Below, one piece after another: positions 47,535 to 55,816 of a DNA stretch of 64,000 bases (positions within the stretch are counted from its first letter, which is position 1; every line of letters starts with the position of its first letter). The notes under the pieces are model-generated. The model was not told where the DNA came from. It saw only the letters and a list, made by a program, of their open reading frames with translations, and made no database searches. The position numbers and the translations under genes are program-made. This DNA comes from Bdellovibrionota bacterium FG-1 (lineage in GTDB: Bacteria > Bdellovibrionota > UBA1018). Where the stretch lies: assembly GCA_051382295.1 (NCBI GenBank), contig JBBCAW010000013.1:1-64000 (forward strand). Direction: 5' to 3'.

Positions 47535-49217
47535 ATGAGTTGGGATGACGAGATTGATGAGCGAAGGCGCGCAGTCGCACTATTCAGATACGCCGTGATC
47601 GGTGAGTTGGAGTTTGAGGGGCTCAACCGAGGGGAGCTTTCTGCCCGAATCCAGGTACTTTCCGAAAAAAAGTGGAAGATGCCTGACGGAGAAGAGTACG
47701 AATTCACGGCGCGGACGCTTTGGAATTGGTGGATGAATTACAAACGCGAAGGACTCAAGGGGCTGCTCCCCGCGTCGCGAAAGACCGGACCCCGCGAGAT
47801 CAGCCCAGAAGTGCTCAAAGAGGCCATCCAGGCCCGCAAGGAAGTACCCTCACGCTCCACCCGGACCCTGATCCGCGTGCTTGAACTCAAGAACGTCGTG
47901 CCCAGGGGAAAGCTCAAACGCTCCACCTTGGACCGGATTTTAGATGAAGCCGGTGAATCCCGGCGCAAGCTTAAAACCCTGGGCAACAAGCGCTTCACGC
48001 GCCTGCTCTTCTCCCAGCCCAACGAATTCTGGGTTGGGGATTATCACGAGGCGCCGATTCTTTGGGTTCCCGCTCGTCAGACCTACGACACCGTCCACAT
48101 GGGCGCCGTGATCGATCACTACTCAAAGTACGTGCCGCACGGCGAGTGGTACCCAAACGAGCGCATCGCGACCCTGGAGGACACCATTAAGCAAGCTTTT
48201 CTCACGCGCGGGCTGCCGAAAAAAATGTACGTGGACAATGGGAGCGTTTATCGCTCCCATGATTTCGCCTTCGCGCTGACGCACCTGGATGTCCGGCTGG
48301 TCCACTCCAAGGCCTACCAAAGCGAAGGACGGGGCGTCATCGAGCGGTTTAACCGCACGGTTGCGGAGGGTTTTGAGCCGGAGGCCCGCGCGGCCAAGAT
48401 CACGGACCTACCCACTTTGAATCGTTTTTGGATTGCTTGGCTGGAGGAGAGCTACCATCTCGTGATCCACGGTTCGACCGGCGAGAAGCCGATGGATCGT
48501 TTTACGGGAAGCGGGTTTGTCCCAAAATATCCCGACCCCGTGAAGATCCAGGATATTTTTCGCGTGAAGGAAAAGCGCAAGGTCCATCCAAAAACCGGGA
48601 CAGTGGAAGTGGAAACCAAGCTTTTTCAATGTGAAAACTTCCTGCGCGGACGTTGGGTCCAGGTCCTGTTTGATCCCTTTAAACTCGATGACGTGCTCAT
48701 CGTGCTCAAGGGCAAGCATGTCCAGCGTGCGTTTCCCCAGAAAGTGAACGATCCGCAGCCCAAGCCCGAGCGTCCCACCGCGGCTCAGTTGTCGTTTGAT
48801 TATCTGGGCGCACTCCGAGCCGAGTATGATCGGAGAATCGCCATGCAGGCGCGGCATATTTCCGTCACGGACTTTAAACCCAGTCCCGAGTTTTCCTTGC
48901 AACCGTTTCTCGGGCTTTGTGCCCAGATGCTTGGAAAATCGCTGTCCGCTTACGAAAAAGAGAATCTCACGCGTACGTTTAACGGGGTGGGTCCTTTTTC
49001 GGAAAAGGTCGTGCGGCTGGCGCTTGAACACGCCATGAAACTACGCGGGCGGGGGCTCCATGTCTCTGTTTACACGCACTACCTCAAGGTTTTTCACTTT
49101 GCCGCGCTCAATGCCAATCGCGACGAAGCTCAAAATGTTCCTAAAACCGACAAAAAAAAGGAGACCCCTGACCATGATCATCGCAACCCCTCTAAACGTG
49201 CCCCACACGACCCGTGA
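47535..49217 (+). CDS. DDE transposase (rve plus Mu-transposase C-like domain)
   Basis: WVGD (D), YVDNGSVY (D), GVIERFNRT (E), RKVHPKTGTV. Confidence 0.93.
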   Translation: MSWDDEIDERRRAVALFRYAVIGELEFEGLNRGELSARIQVLSEKKWKMPDGEEYEFTARTLWNWWMNYKREGLKGLLPASRKTGPREISPEVLKEAIQARKEVPSRSTRTLIRVLELKNVVPRGKLKRSTLDRILDEAGESRRKLKTLGNKRFTRLLFSQPNEFWVGDYHEAPILWVPARQTYDTVHMGAVIDHYSKYVPHGEWYPNERIATLEDTIKQAFLTRGLPKKMYVDNGSVYRSHDFAFALTHLDVRLVHSKAYQSEGRGVIERFNRTVAEGFEPEARAAKITDLPTLNRFWIAWLEESYHLVIHGSTGEKPMDRFTGSGFVPKYPDPVKIQDIFRVKEKRKVHPKTGTVEVETKLFQCENFLRGRWVQVLFDPFKLDDVLIVLKGKHVQRAFPQKVNDPQPKPERPTAAQLSFDYLGALRAEYDRRIAMQARHISVTDFKPSPEFSLQPFLGLCAQMLGKSLSAYEKENLTRTFNGVGPFSEKVVRLALEHAMKLRGRGLHVSVYTHYLKVFHFAALNANRDEAQNVPKTDKKKETPDHDHRNPSKRAPHDP

Positions 49218-50088
49218 TTACATGCCCGCCACCCCCACGCCGTCCACTGCTCCGGTTGCCGGAACTGCCACCGCTATCGCGCCATCCGACCTGGATCGCT
49301 GGCTGAGTCATTTCAATCTCAGGCAAATGCCGTTCACCCGTGCAATACCGGAGGATGGCTTGCTCCCGCATAAAAGCTTCTCGGAGGCGCTCTCGCGGCT
49401 GTCACTCGGAGTGCAGTCCAAAACACCGACCCTGCTGACGGCGGAGCCGGGCCTGGGCAAATCCACATTGCTTGGGCAATTCTCCGACGGGCTTGATAAA
49501 GGCCGCTACCGGCTGGTGTACACCGCGCTTTGTTCCTGCAAGCCCTTTGGGCTGGTGGGCCAGTTGGCGGCTCGCTACGGCATCAAGGCAGGGCGCTCGG
49601 CCGCGCTCACCGCGCAGCTGATCCTGGATGTGCTGGCCAACTCACAAAAGCACGAAATCCTGGTGCTAGACGAGGGCCAGCGGTTGCCACCGGAAAGTCT
49701 GGACGAACTGCGCCTGCTCTCCAATCTGGATTTTGACCGGACGCCGCCATTTGCCCTTGTATTGGCCGGTCAGCCCGAACTTCGCACAACGCTCCTTGCA
49801 CCCGAGCACGACTCACTTTGGCAGCGCCTGTCGATTCGCGCAACGCTTACTCCGCTTACGGATCGGGAAACCGTCGACTACATCGACCGGCGCGTGAGAG
49901 CGGCCGGAGCCACGGCAAATCTCTTTCGCCCGGGGGCAATCGATAAAATCTTCGAGCGCACCCGGGGTGTCCCCCGGTTGATCAACAACCTCGCGACCGC
50001 CGCCCTGCTGGCCGCCGGCAGCGCCGGAAAAAGGCATGTGGATGTGGCCGAGGTTGAGAACGCGTCCTTTGATCAGGAAAACTCCTGA
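49174..50088 (+). CDS. ExeA-like AAA+ transposition helper ATPase
   Basis: AEPGLGKS, LVLDEGQ, LVLAGQPEL, GVPRLIN; RBS AGGAG. Confidence 0.9.
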   Translation: MIIATPLNVPHTTRDYMPATPTPSTAPVAGTATAIAPSDLDRWLSHFNLRQMPFTRAIPEDGLLPHKSFSEALSRLSLGVQSKTPTLLTAEPGLGKSTLLGQFSDGLDKGRYRLVYTALCSCKPFGLVGQLAARYGIKAGRSAALTAQLILDVLANSQKHEILVLDEGQRLPPESLDELRLLSNLDFDRTPPFALVLAGQPELRTTLLAPEHDSLWQRLSIRATLTPLTDRETVDYIDRRVRAAGATANLFRPGAIDKIFERTRGVPRLINNLATAALLAAGSAGKRHVDVAEVENASFDQENS

Positions 50089-51044
50089 TGGACGCCACGC
50101 CGTACGCCACGATCTCAGCCGGAGAACTCGAAACCAAGACCGCCCCCGTTAACTGGATCGTTGAGAACCTGTTTCTCGAAGCGGGGGCGGGCATCCTGGG
50201 TGGCGCGCCCAAGAGCTGCAAAAGCTTCTTCGCGCTGGATCTGTGCGTGGCCATCGCGTCTGGCACGCCCTGCGCCGGGCGGTTGCGGACGTTAAGTCCA
50301 GGCCCGGTCGTGCTTTTATGTGCCGAAGACCCGACGGCGGTCGTTTCCTCTCGTCTGGCCGCGCTTGCGGCCGCACGGGGCCGCAGTCTTTCTGATTTGC
50401 CGATCAGAATTATTGTGGAGCCGCTCGTCAGACTCCCGGAGGGGATTGAACGCCTGGCCGCAACCCTGGTCGATAGTCAGCCCCGGCTGCTGCTGCTTGA
50501 CCCTTTGATCAGGCTGCACAGGGCCGACGAAAACTCCGCCTCCGAGATGAGTGTCATCCTGGATGGCCTGCGGGGGCTGGCCAGGCGGTCAAAAACCGCG
50601 ATCCTTCTGGTGCATCACGCGCGCAAGGCTGCATCAGGCAGTAGCGGGGGCGGCCTGCGTGGTTCATCGGACCTGCATGCATTTGGGGATTCTAACCTCT
50701 ATTTGCGGCGGCTCCAGGATGATGTTCTCGAACTGAAGATTGAGCATCGCGCCGCCGCGCCTCCGGCACCGCTTAAGATCAAACTCGTCGTCAATGAAAA
50801 TGGCCATCAAACCACCGCGCGATTCGAGGTCACCGATCAAACCGCCGCCGATGAGGACCCCGTCGGAACGCACATCCTGGAACTGCTCTCGGGTGCCAAC
50901 CAACCCCTGTCCTCAACCGCGCTTCGCGAGAAGCTAGGCGTCCGCAACCAGACCGTGGCACACGCCCTTGAACAACTGGCGGCCGGTGGCCGCATCCTTC
51001 GCGTTGGTCGTGATGGCTGGCGCTCCATCCAAAAACAAAGCTGA
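50088..51044 (+). CDS. AAA_25/RepA-like RecA-fold ATPase with C-terminal wHTH
   Basis: WIVENL, GGAPKSCKS, LLLLDPL, LVHHARK, LRGSSDLHAFGD; TGATG overlap with the previous gene. Confidence 0.85.
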   Translation: MDATPYATISAGELETKTAPVNWIVENLFLEAGAGILGGAPKSCKSFFALDLCVAIASGTPCAGRLRTLSPGPVVLLCAEDPTAVVSSRLAALAAARGRSLSDLPIRIIVEPLVRLPEGIERLAATLVDSQPRLLLLDPLIRLHRADENSASEMSVILDGLRGLARRSKTAILLVHHARKAASGSSGGGLRGSSDLHAFGDSNLYLRRLQDDVLELKIEHRAAAPPAPLKIKLVVNENGHQTTARFEVTDQTAADEDPVGTHILELLSGANQPLSSTALREKLGVRNQTVAHALEQLAAGGRILRVGRDGWRSIQKQS

Positions 51045-51050
51045 TCAACT

Positions 51051-51089
51051 GTTCCCCGTTCCCGCCCTATACCCTGGGAACGCGGGAAC
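51051..51089. repeat. nested inverted repeat GTTCCCCGTTCCC-N12-GGGAACGCGGGAAC
   Basis: seen directly, just after the AAA_25 stop codon. Confidence 0.8.
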
Positions 51090-51203
51090 GCTTCCTGCGT
51101 CATATGGAGGCCTCGTCACGCCATGCGCTCAAACTGGGCCGCACTCTGAATTACTGAAATCTGACGCGAGAATGTCACTGAAATCGAGCGTTGGCGGCTA
51201 CAT

Positions 51204-51503
51204 GCTCAATCCTTGAGGGAATATTTCCCTCTCCTCGCGGAGGTAGGCGACGGAGTTTCGGAGTTTCGAAAAAAGCGCCAAGAGATGCGCGATGAGATGA
51301 CAAAGTTTGACTTGGAAAAGGTCGCGGCTATGGATGATGGAATCCTCAGATCTTATCACGAGATTGAGCGCCAGGTTCAAATCACCTTGGAGGAAGTGGA
51401 AGGACTAAAGAGAAGCGGCGATCTACGAGAGAAATATGAGGCGATTCAGACTACGTCAGTAAGATTAGGGCAGGCTTCGACAGTACTACTAAATCAAACT
51501 TAA
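51204..51503 (+). pseudogene. 5'-truncated coiled-coil protein fragment
   Basis: frame open from the transposon end; no RBS. Confidence 0.45.
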
Positions 51504-51533
51504 CGCGGTGAGCTTCACAAAGTAACCTGATAC

Positions 51534-51674
51534 CTACTTTAACGAGATGGGCGTCACAAAATGAGCCGATACGATTTCATCCGGAGTCACCAGCAGGCCC
51601 CAGCCGGCCAAAAGCAGGCCGGTAAGCGCCATCAAGGGAAAGGCGCGGTGCAGTAGGGTTTGTATGAGGATCAT
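51534..51674 (-). CDS. 46-aa single-TM small protein
   Basis: AGGAGG RBS and a sigma54 promoter upstream; MILIQTLLHRAFPLMALTGLLLAGWGLLV... Confidence 0.6.
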   Translation of the reverse strand: MILIQTLLHRAFPLMALTGLLLAGWGLLVTPDEIVSAHFVTPISLK

Positions 51675-51744
51675 AAGGGACCTCCTATCACGACAAGGCA
51701 TCGCGGAATTACGCTGGCCATTATGACGAGCGCGTTTGGGGAAA

Positions 51745-51761
51745 AGCAACCCTCGTGCCAA
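51745..51761 (-). promoter_or_regulatory. sigma54 promoter
   Basis: TTGGCAC-GAGGG-TTGCT consensus match. Confidence 0.75.
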
Positions 51762-51956
51762 ACCTTTAAAAACGGGGCGTTAAAAAAATAACGCATGAAA
51801 ACAAATAGATATTAAGGAGAGACCGATCGTCCTCGCTCTTGAGTAGGATCAAACAGTCCGTCTTTATTGAGCCCTAGTGTCATTTTGATCGAATTCTTCG
51901 GGCATTTTGACATTCGCCAAGGGGCGGCCTCTAAATGAAATTTAATGCGGTGAGCA

Positions 51957-52745
51957 TCACAAAGTAACCTGATACCTTTTAGGTTTGAAAAACACGCCCA
52001 CCAATATCAAAGTCGCGCCCAACATCAAAGTCGACAAGGCGTTGATTTCTGGAGTAACGCCAAATTTAATCATCGCGTAAATTTTGAGCGGCAAGGTATC
52101 CGATCCAACCCCGGCGGTGAAAAAAGTAATCAAAAAATCGTCAAATGAAAGCGTAAAGGCCATCAGCGCACCGGAAAGGATCCCAGGCAAAATCAGTGGA
52201 AAGGTGACACTCCAAAAGGTCTGCCAAGGAGACGCACCCAAATCGTGTGCCGCCTCTTCCAACGAATCGTCAAAACCCTGGAGGCGCGATTTAACCGTGA
52301 TGATGACGTAAGAAACGCTAAACGTCACATGAGCCAAGATAATCGAAAATGCCCCGAGCGTAATTCGGAGGACGACGAACCAAATAAGAAGGGCGAGTCC
52401 TAACACGATTTCCGGCATGATCAGTGGCACGTGAGTGAGTCCATCAAATAACCTGCGCCCCGGAAACCTCATCCGCTCAATCGCAAGCGCAGCCATCGTT
52501 CCAATGCCCGTCGACACCAACGTGCTCCACATGCCCACGTAAAGACTCATATTGAACGAGTCCAGCACTAACCGATTAGTTAAGATTTTGCGATACCACT
52601 GGAGTGTCCAAACTTGGGCACTGCCCGGACCATCGACCGGCCCTAGAAACGAATAAGCCACCAAAGCCATTAACGGGACATAGAGAAGCAAAAAGGCGAA
52701 GACCGTGATCCCTTTAGCAACAGTCGGCGAACGGGGACGAAGCAT
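51957..52745 (-). CDS. potC: polyamine ABC transporter permease
   Basis: PEIVLGLALL, LEEAAHDLGA, TLSFDDF, TPEINALST. Confidence 0.92.
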   Translation of the reverse strand: MLRPRSPTVAKGITVFAFLLLYVPLMALVAYSFLGPVDGPGSAQVWTLQWYRKILTNRLVLDSFNMSLYVGMWSTLVSTGIGTMAALAIERMRFPGRRLFDGLTHVPLIMPEIVLGLALLIWFVVLRITLGAFSIILAHVTFSVSYVIITVKSRLQGFDDSLEEAAHDLGASPWQTFWSVTFPLILPGILSGALMAFTLSFDDFLITFFTAGVGSDTLPLKIYAMIKFGVTPEINALSTLMLGATLILVGVFFKPKRYQVTL

Positions 52746-52748
52746 GGC

Positions 52749-53645
52749 TTACGCCTCCCCTTCAGAAACGACCGTGGCCCGGCTAGCGACCCCTCGCTCC
52801 TCTTGAGAGGTCACGCGCAGGTAAATCATTAAACTCGCCAATACAATCATGATCAAAAGGAGCGAAAGAGCCGAGCCAAACGGCCAGTCGCGCGTTTTCA
52901 GAAATTGCTCAGTGATCAGATTTCCGATCAACATCGTTCGCGCGCCTCCCAGCAGGTCAGGAATGACAAACTCGCCCAGTGCGGGGGTGAACACAAAGAT
53001 CGAGCCAGTAATAATGCCTGGCTTCGTGAGGGGAATCAAAACCTTGAGCAAAATCTTCCATCCAGGCGCGCCCAAATCCTTGGCCGCCTCGAGCAGTGAA
53101 AAATCGAACTTTTCGAGAGCAACATAAAGAGGCAACACCATAAAGGGGAGATAATTGGTGACCATGCCGAGCCAAACCGAAAAGTCGGTATTCGCAAAAA
53201 CAATGGGCTCGTGAATCAAACCCAAAGCCAAAGCAAGCTGATTGACCGGGCCCAGCTCGCCAAAAAGAATTTTAATCGCATAAGCACGTACCACAAAATT
53301 GGTCCAAAACGGGATGACCACCAAAATCAAAAGCGCAGAGCGCACCCGAGCCGAAGAAGTAGCCATCACATAGGCCATCGGATACCCAATGATCAGGCAG
53401 GAAATAGCCGTCAAACTTGCGAGCTTAAGACTGTTCCAAAAAATCCGGAGATAAATCCAATCGGTCGCGCGCACATAATTATCGACCGAAAATCGATAAA
53501 CCACGCCACCATAAGTTCCTTTGGTGGCAAAACTATAAACCGCGACAATTCCTAGGGGAATGAGCAAAAACCACAAAAACCACCCCATTGCCGGCAAAAC
53601 CAACAGAGGCGGCTTATTTTGAACCTGACGATTTCTTTCAGCCAA
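52749..53645 (-). CDS. potB: polyamine ABC transporter permease
   Basis: PFWTNFVVRAYA, LLEAAKDLGA, RDWPFGSA. Confidence 0.92.
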   Translation of the reverse strand: MAERNRQVQNKPPLLVLPAMGWFLWFLLIPLGIVAVYSFATKGTYGGVVYRFSVDNYVRATDWIYLRIFWNSLKLASLTAISCLIIGYPMAYVMATSSARVRSALLILVVIPFWTNFVVRAYAIKILFGELGPVNQLALALGLIHEPIVFANTDFSVWLGMVTNYLPFMVLPLYVALEKFDFSLLEAAKDLGAPGWKILLKVLIPLTKPGIITGSIFVFTPALGEFVIPDLLGGARTMLIGNLITEQFLKTRDWPFGSALSLLLIMIVLASLMIYLRVTSQEERGVASRATVVSEGEA

Positions 53646-54783
53646 TGGAGGCTCCGTGGTCGGACACCGGCAGCGCCGCCTCGCGGCCCATGAGCAAACA
53701 ATCTTCGGGGGGCCAAGCGACGAACACCTTATCGCCGATCGTAAAATTACGACGAGCGGTGACCGCCGTATTCGGTTGGGAGACGATCAAGAGCGGCCCG
53801 CTTCCTTCTTTAGGCTGCACAAAGAGCTGAGTGACCGACCCCTGATACAGCACTTCGCGGAGTGTGCCCTCAAGGGCGTTTTGCTCGATCCCCGGCGAAC
53901 TTTTGAGCATCTTGAGCTTCTCGGGCCGCACCAAGATCTTGACAGGAGTGCCCGGCAACGCCATCGGCAACGGCCGCGCACCATCGCGCGAGGGCTTGAT
54001 GGTCATCACGCGACGAGAGGCTCCAGACACTAAAATCGCGTCCTGCCGCGCCTCTTTGACCTCGCCTTCGATGGCGTTGATCTGGCCAATAAACTGAGCC
54101 ACAAAAGGAGTTCGGGGGTATTCGTAAATTTCTTGCGCCGTACCCACTTGCTCCACCGCGCCGCCATTCATGACGGCAATACGGTCCGAAAGGGTCAAGG
54201 CTTCTTCTTGGTCGTGGGTGACAAAAATAAAAGTATGCTTCAGGCGACGTTGAAGCGACAAAAGCTCCACCTGCATTTGCTGTCTGAGTTTAAGATCGAG
54301 TGCCGAAAGCGGCTCATCCAACAGCAATACCTTGGGACGATTCACGAGTGCCCGGGCCACGGCTATTCGCTGCTGTTGCCCGCCCGAAAGAGTACTGATG
54401 CCACGAGCACTGAAGGCCTCCATCTTGACCATTCCCAGCGCTTCGCTCACGCGGGACGACAGCTCAGATGAGGGGACTTTTTTCATTCGCAGGCCAAACG
54501 CAATATTTTCCCAAACACTGAGGTGAGGAAAGAGTGCGTACCGCTGGAAAACCATATTGAATTGTCTGCGATTGGCCGGAAGTTGATCGATTCGCACGCC
54601 GTCATGTAAAATTTGGCCGCCTGAGGGTGACTCAAAGCCCCCCAGCATCCGGAGCAAAGTGGTTTTTCCGCAGCCGCTCGGCCCAAGTAGCGAGAAGAAC
54701 TCGCCTTCTTTGATCACCAAGTCTGTTTTCCGGACCGCATGCGTGGATCCGTACTTCTTTTCCAACCCCTTAAGCTCGAGCAT
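53638..54783 (-). CDS. potA: polyamine ABC transporter ATP-binding protein
   Basis: GPSGCGKT, LSGGQQQR, LLLDEPLSALD, TOBE tail. Confidence 0.92.
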   Translation of the reverse strand: MLELKGLEKKYGSTHAVRKTDLVIKEGEFFSLLGPSGCGKTTLLRMLGGFESPSGGQILHDGVRIDQLPANRRQFNMVFQRYALFPHLSVWENIAFGLRMKKVPSSELSSRVSEALGMVKMEAFSARGISTLSGGQQQRIAVARALVNRPKVLLLDEPLSALDLKLRQQMQVELLSLQRRLKHTFIFVTHDQEEALTLSDRIAVMNGGAVEQVGTAQEIYEYPRTPFVAQFIGQINAIEGEVKEARQDAILVSGASRRVMTIKPSRDGARPLPMALPGTPVKILVRPEKLKMLKSSPGIEQNALEGTLREVLYQGSVTQLFVQPKEGSGPLLIVSQPNTAVTARRNFTIGDKVFVAWPPEDCLLMGREAALPVSDHGASIG

Positions 54784-54847
54784 GACGCACCTTATAATGG
54801 ACTCGAGCGTATTTGTCAGGTTAAAATTCTAGGGCATACATTTTTAC

Positions 54848-55324
54848 TTACCCCACGCGCTTCAGCTGGTCCTTCTTCTCCACCACCCTCAGACCAACTG
54901 ACAGCGTCTCGTTTGATAAACGCGAATCGACACTGACGGCCCCGGAACCATAAATAGCGGTGGTCAAGAGACCTCCCAGGATGGCCATGTTTTTAAGAAA
55001 ATTAACGAGCTGTACCTGAGCCTCTGGTCCCGTGAGGGCCCAAAAATTATGAAAAACAAGAGTGACTGGTACCAAATAACAAAACAACAGGGCACCCGCC
55101 CATCGTCCTTTAAAGCCAACCAGAAGAGCAAAACCGCCGACGAGTTCCACTAATATAGCCAAAGCCAGAAACTGCGGAATCAAGAACATTCCTTTTGCCG
55201 CCATGTACCCCGCCGTCTCGGACCAGGCCATGATCTTATTCGAGCCGCTGAGAATGAAAATGAAAGAAAGCAGAAAGCGAGCGATCGGCGACAAAACCCC
55301 AAATCGAGCCGGTAAAGCATTCAT
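54848..55324 (-). CDS. DoxX family membrane protein
   Basis: ARFLLSFIFILSG.NK, FHNFW, FLKNMAILGGLL. Confidence 0.9.
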   Translation of the reverse strand: MNALPARFGVLSPIARFLLSFIFILSGSNKIMAWSETAGYMAAKGMFLIPQFLALAILVELVGGFALLVGFKGRWAGALLFCYLVPVTLVFHNFWALTGPEAQVQLVNFLKNMAILGGLLTTAIYGSGAVSVDSRLSNETLSVGLRVVEKKDQLKRVG

Positions 55325-55383
55325 AAAAAAACCCCTTCCATAGGGCAGGGAGGGTGCATTCACCATGCCGTAGGGAAGGGGTT
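55325..55383 (-). terminator. intrinsic terminator-like hairpin with U7 tract
   Basis: AACCCCTTCC...GGAAGGGGTTTTTTT on the minus strand, abutting the doxX ATG. Confidence 0.65.
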
Positions 55384-55416
55384 AAACCTTGAGAAAGAAG
55401 GGTGCCGAAAAACTTC

Positions 55417-55665
55417 TTAAGGAGTCGAAACTGGAGCTGAATCCGCCGCTTTGCCGGCTTTTACAGGTTTTTCTGCGGCTGAAACAGCGGCTTCAACTGT
55501 CTTTCCCGAACCATTATATCCACCCGTACATTCAACCTGCTTGCCATTTTCTACCCCATTTTCAGAAATAGGCTTAGCTGCAGGTGGATTATCCGCTCTC
55601 ACCATCGCACTTCCCGATAACCCAACCAATGCCACTGCCATCAAAACCAAATTAAATTTCTTCAT
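55417..55665 (-). CDS. 82-aa secreted low-complexity protein, positional equivalent of Bdellovibrio Hit (Bd0108)
   Basis: signal peptide ending VRA-D; AAGGAG RBS; own sigma54 promoter; directly downstream of the YD-repeat gene. Confidence 0.7.
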   Translation of the reverse strand: MKKFNLVLMAVALVGLSGSAMVRADNPPAAKPISENGVENGKQVECTGGYNGSGKTVEAAVSAAEKPVKAGKAADSAPVSTP

Positions 55666-55694
55666 AATCTCTCTCTCCTTAATTCCCTGAAATA

Positions 55695-55711
55695 AGCAAA
55701 ACCGGTGCCAA
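55695..55711 (-). promoter_or_regulatory. sigma54 promoter
   Basis: TTGGCAC-CGGTT-TTGCT on the minus strand; IHF-like AATCAATAATTTC upstream. Confidence 0.75.
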
Positions 55712-55816
55712 TTTGACCACTATTTTAATCAATAATTTCAGCTACTTAAAAAACACTTTCCAACCTATTCCGAGTAAACTCACTCAAGCCTTAGCCAGGT
55801 GTCTAAACCCTAAACA

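Larger units (their letters stand above)
46658..51202 (+). mobile_element. 4545-bp DDE transposon (Mu/IS21/Tn7-like TGT...ACA ends) with four genes
   Basis: 26-bp terminal inverted repeats TGTGGCCGCTCACGCCCAATTTCAGT and reverse complement TGTAGCCGCCAACGCTCGATTTCAGT (21/26); internal ACTGAA(A/T)T repeats; visibly higher GC than the flanks. Confidence 0.9.
51500..51977. repeat. 36-bp direct repeat (34/36) duplicating the potC 3' end
   Basis: TTAA(C/T)GCGGTGAGC(T/A)TCACAAAGTAACCTGATACCT at 51500-51535 and 51942-51977. Confidence 0.9.

Noticed and set aside
49152..49160. A-AAA-AAG near the transposase end as a frameshift fusing it to the ExeA-like ATPase
   Set aside because: The ATPase is in the +1 frame, not -1, and has its own AGGAG RBS and ATG at 49174.
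46658..51202. CRISPR-associated or classical Tn7 transposon
   Set aside because: No cas, tniQ/tnsD or tnsA genes and no array inside the ends.
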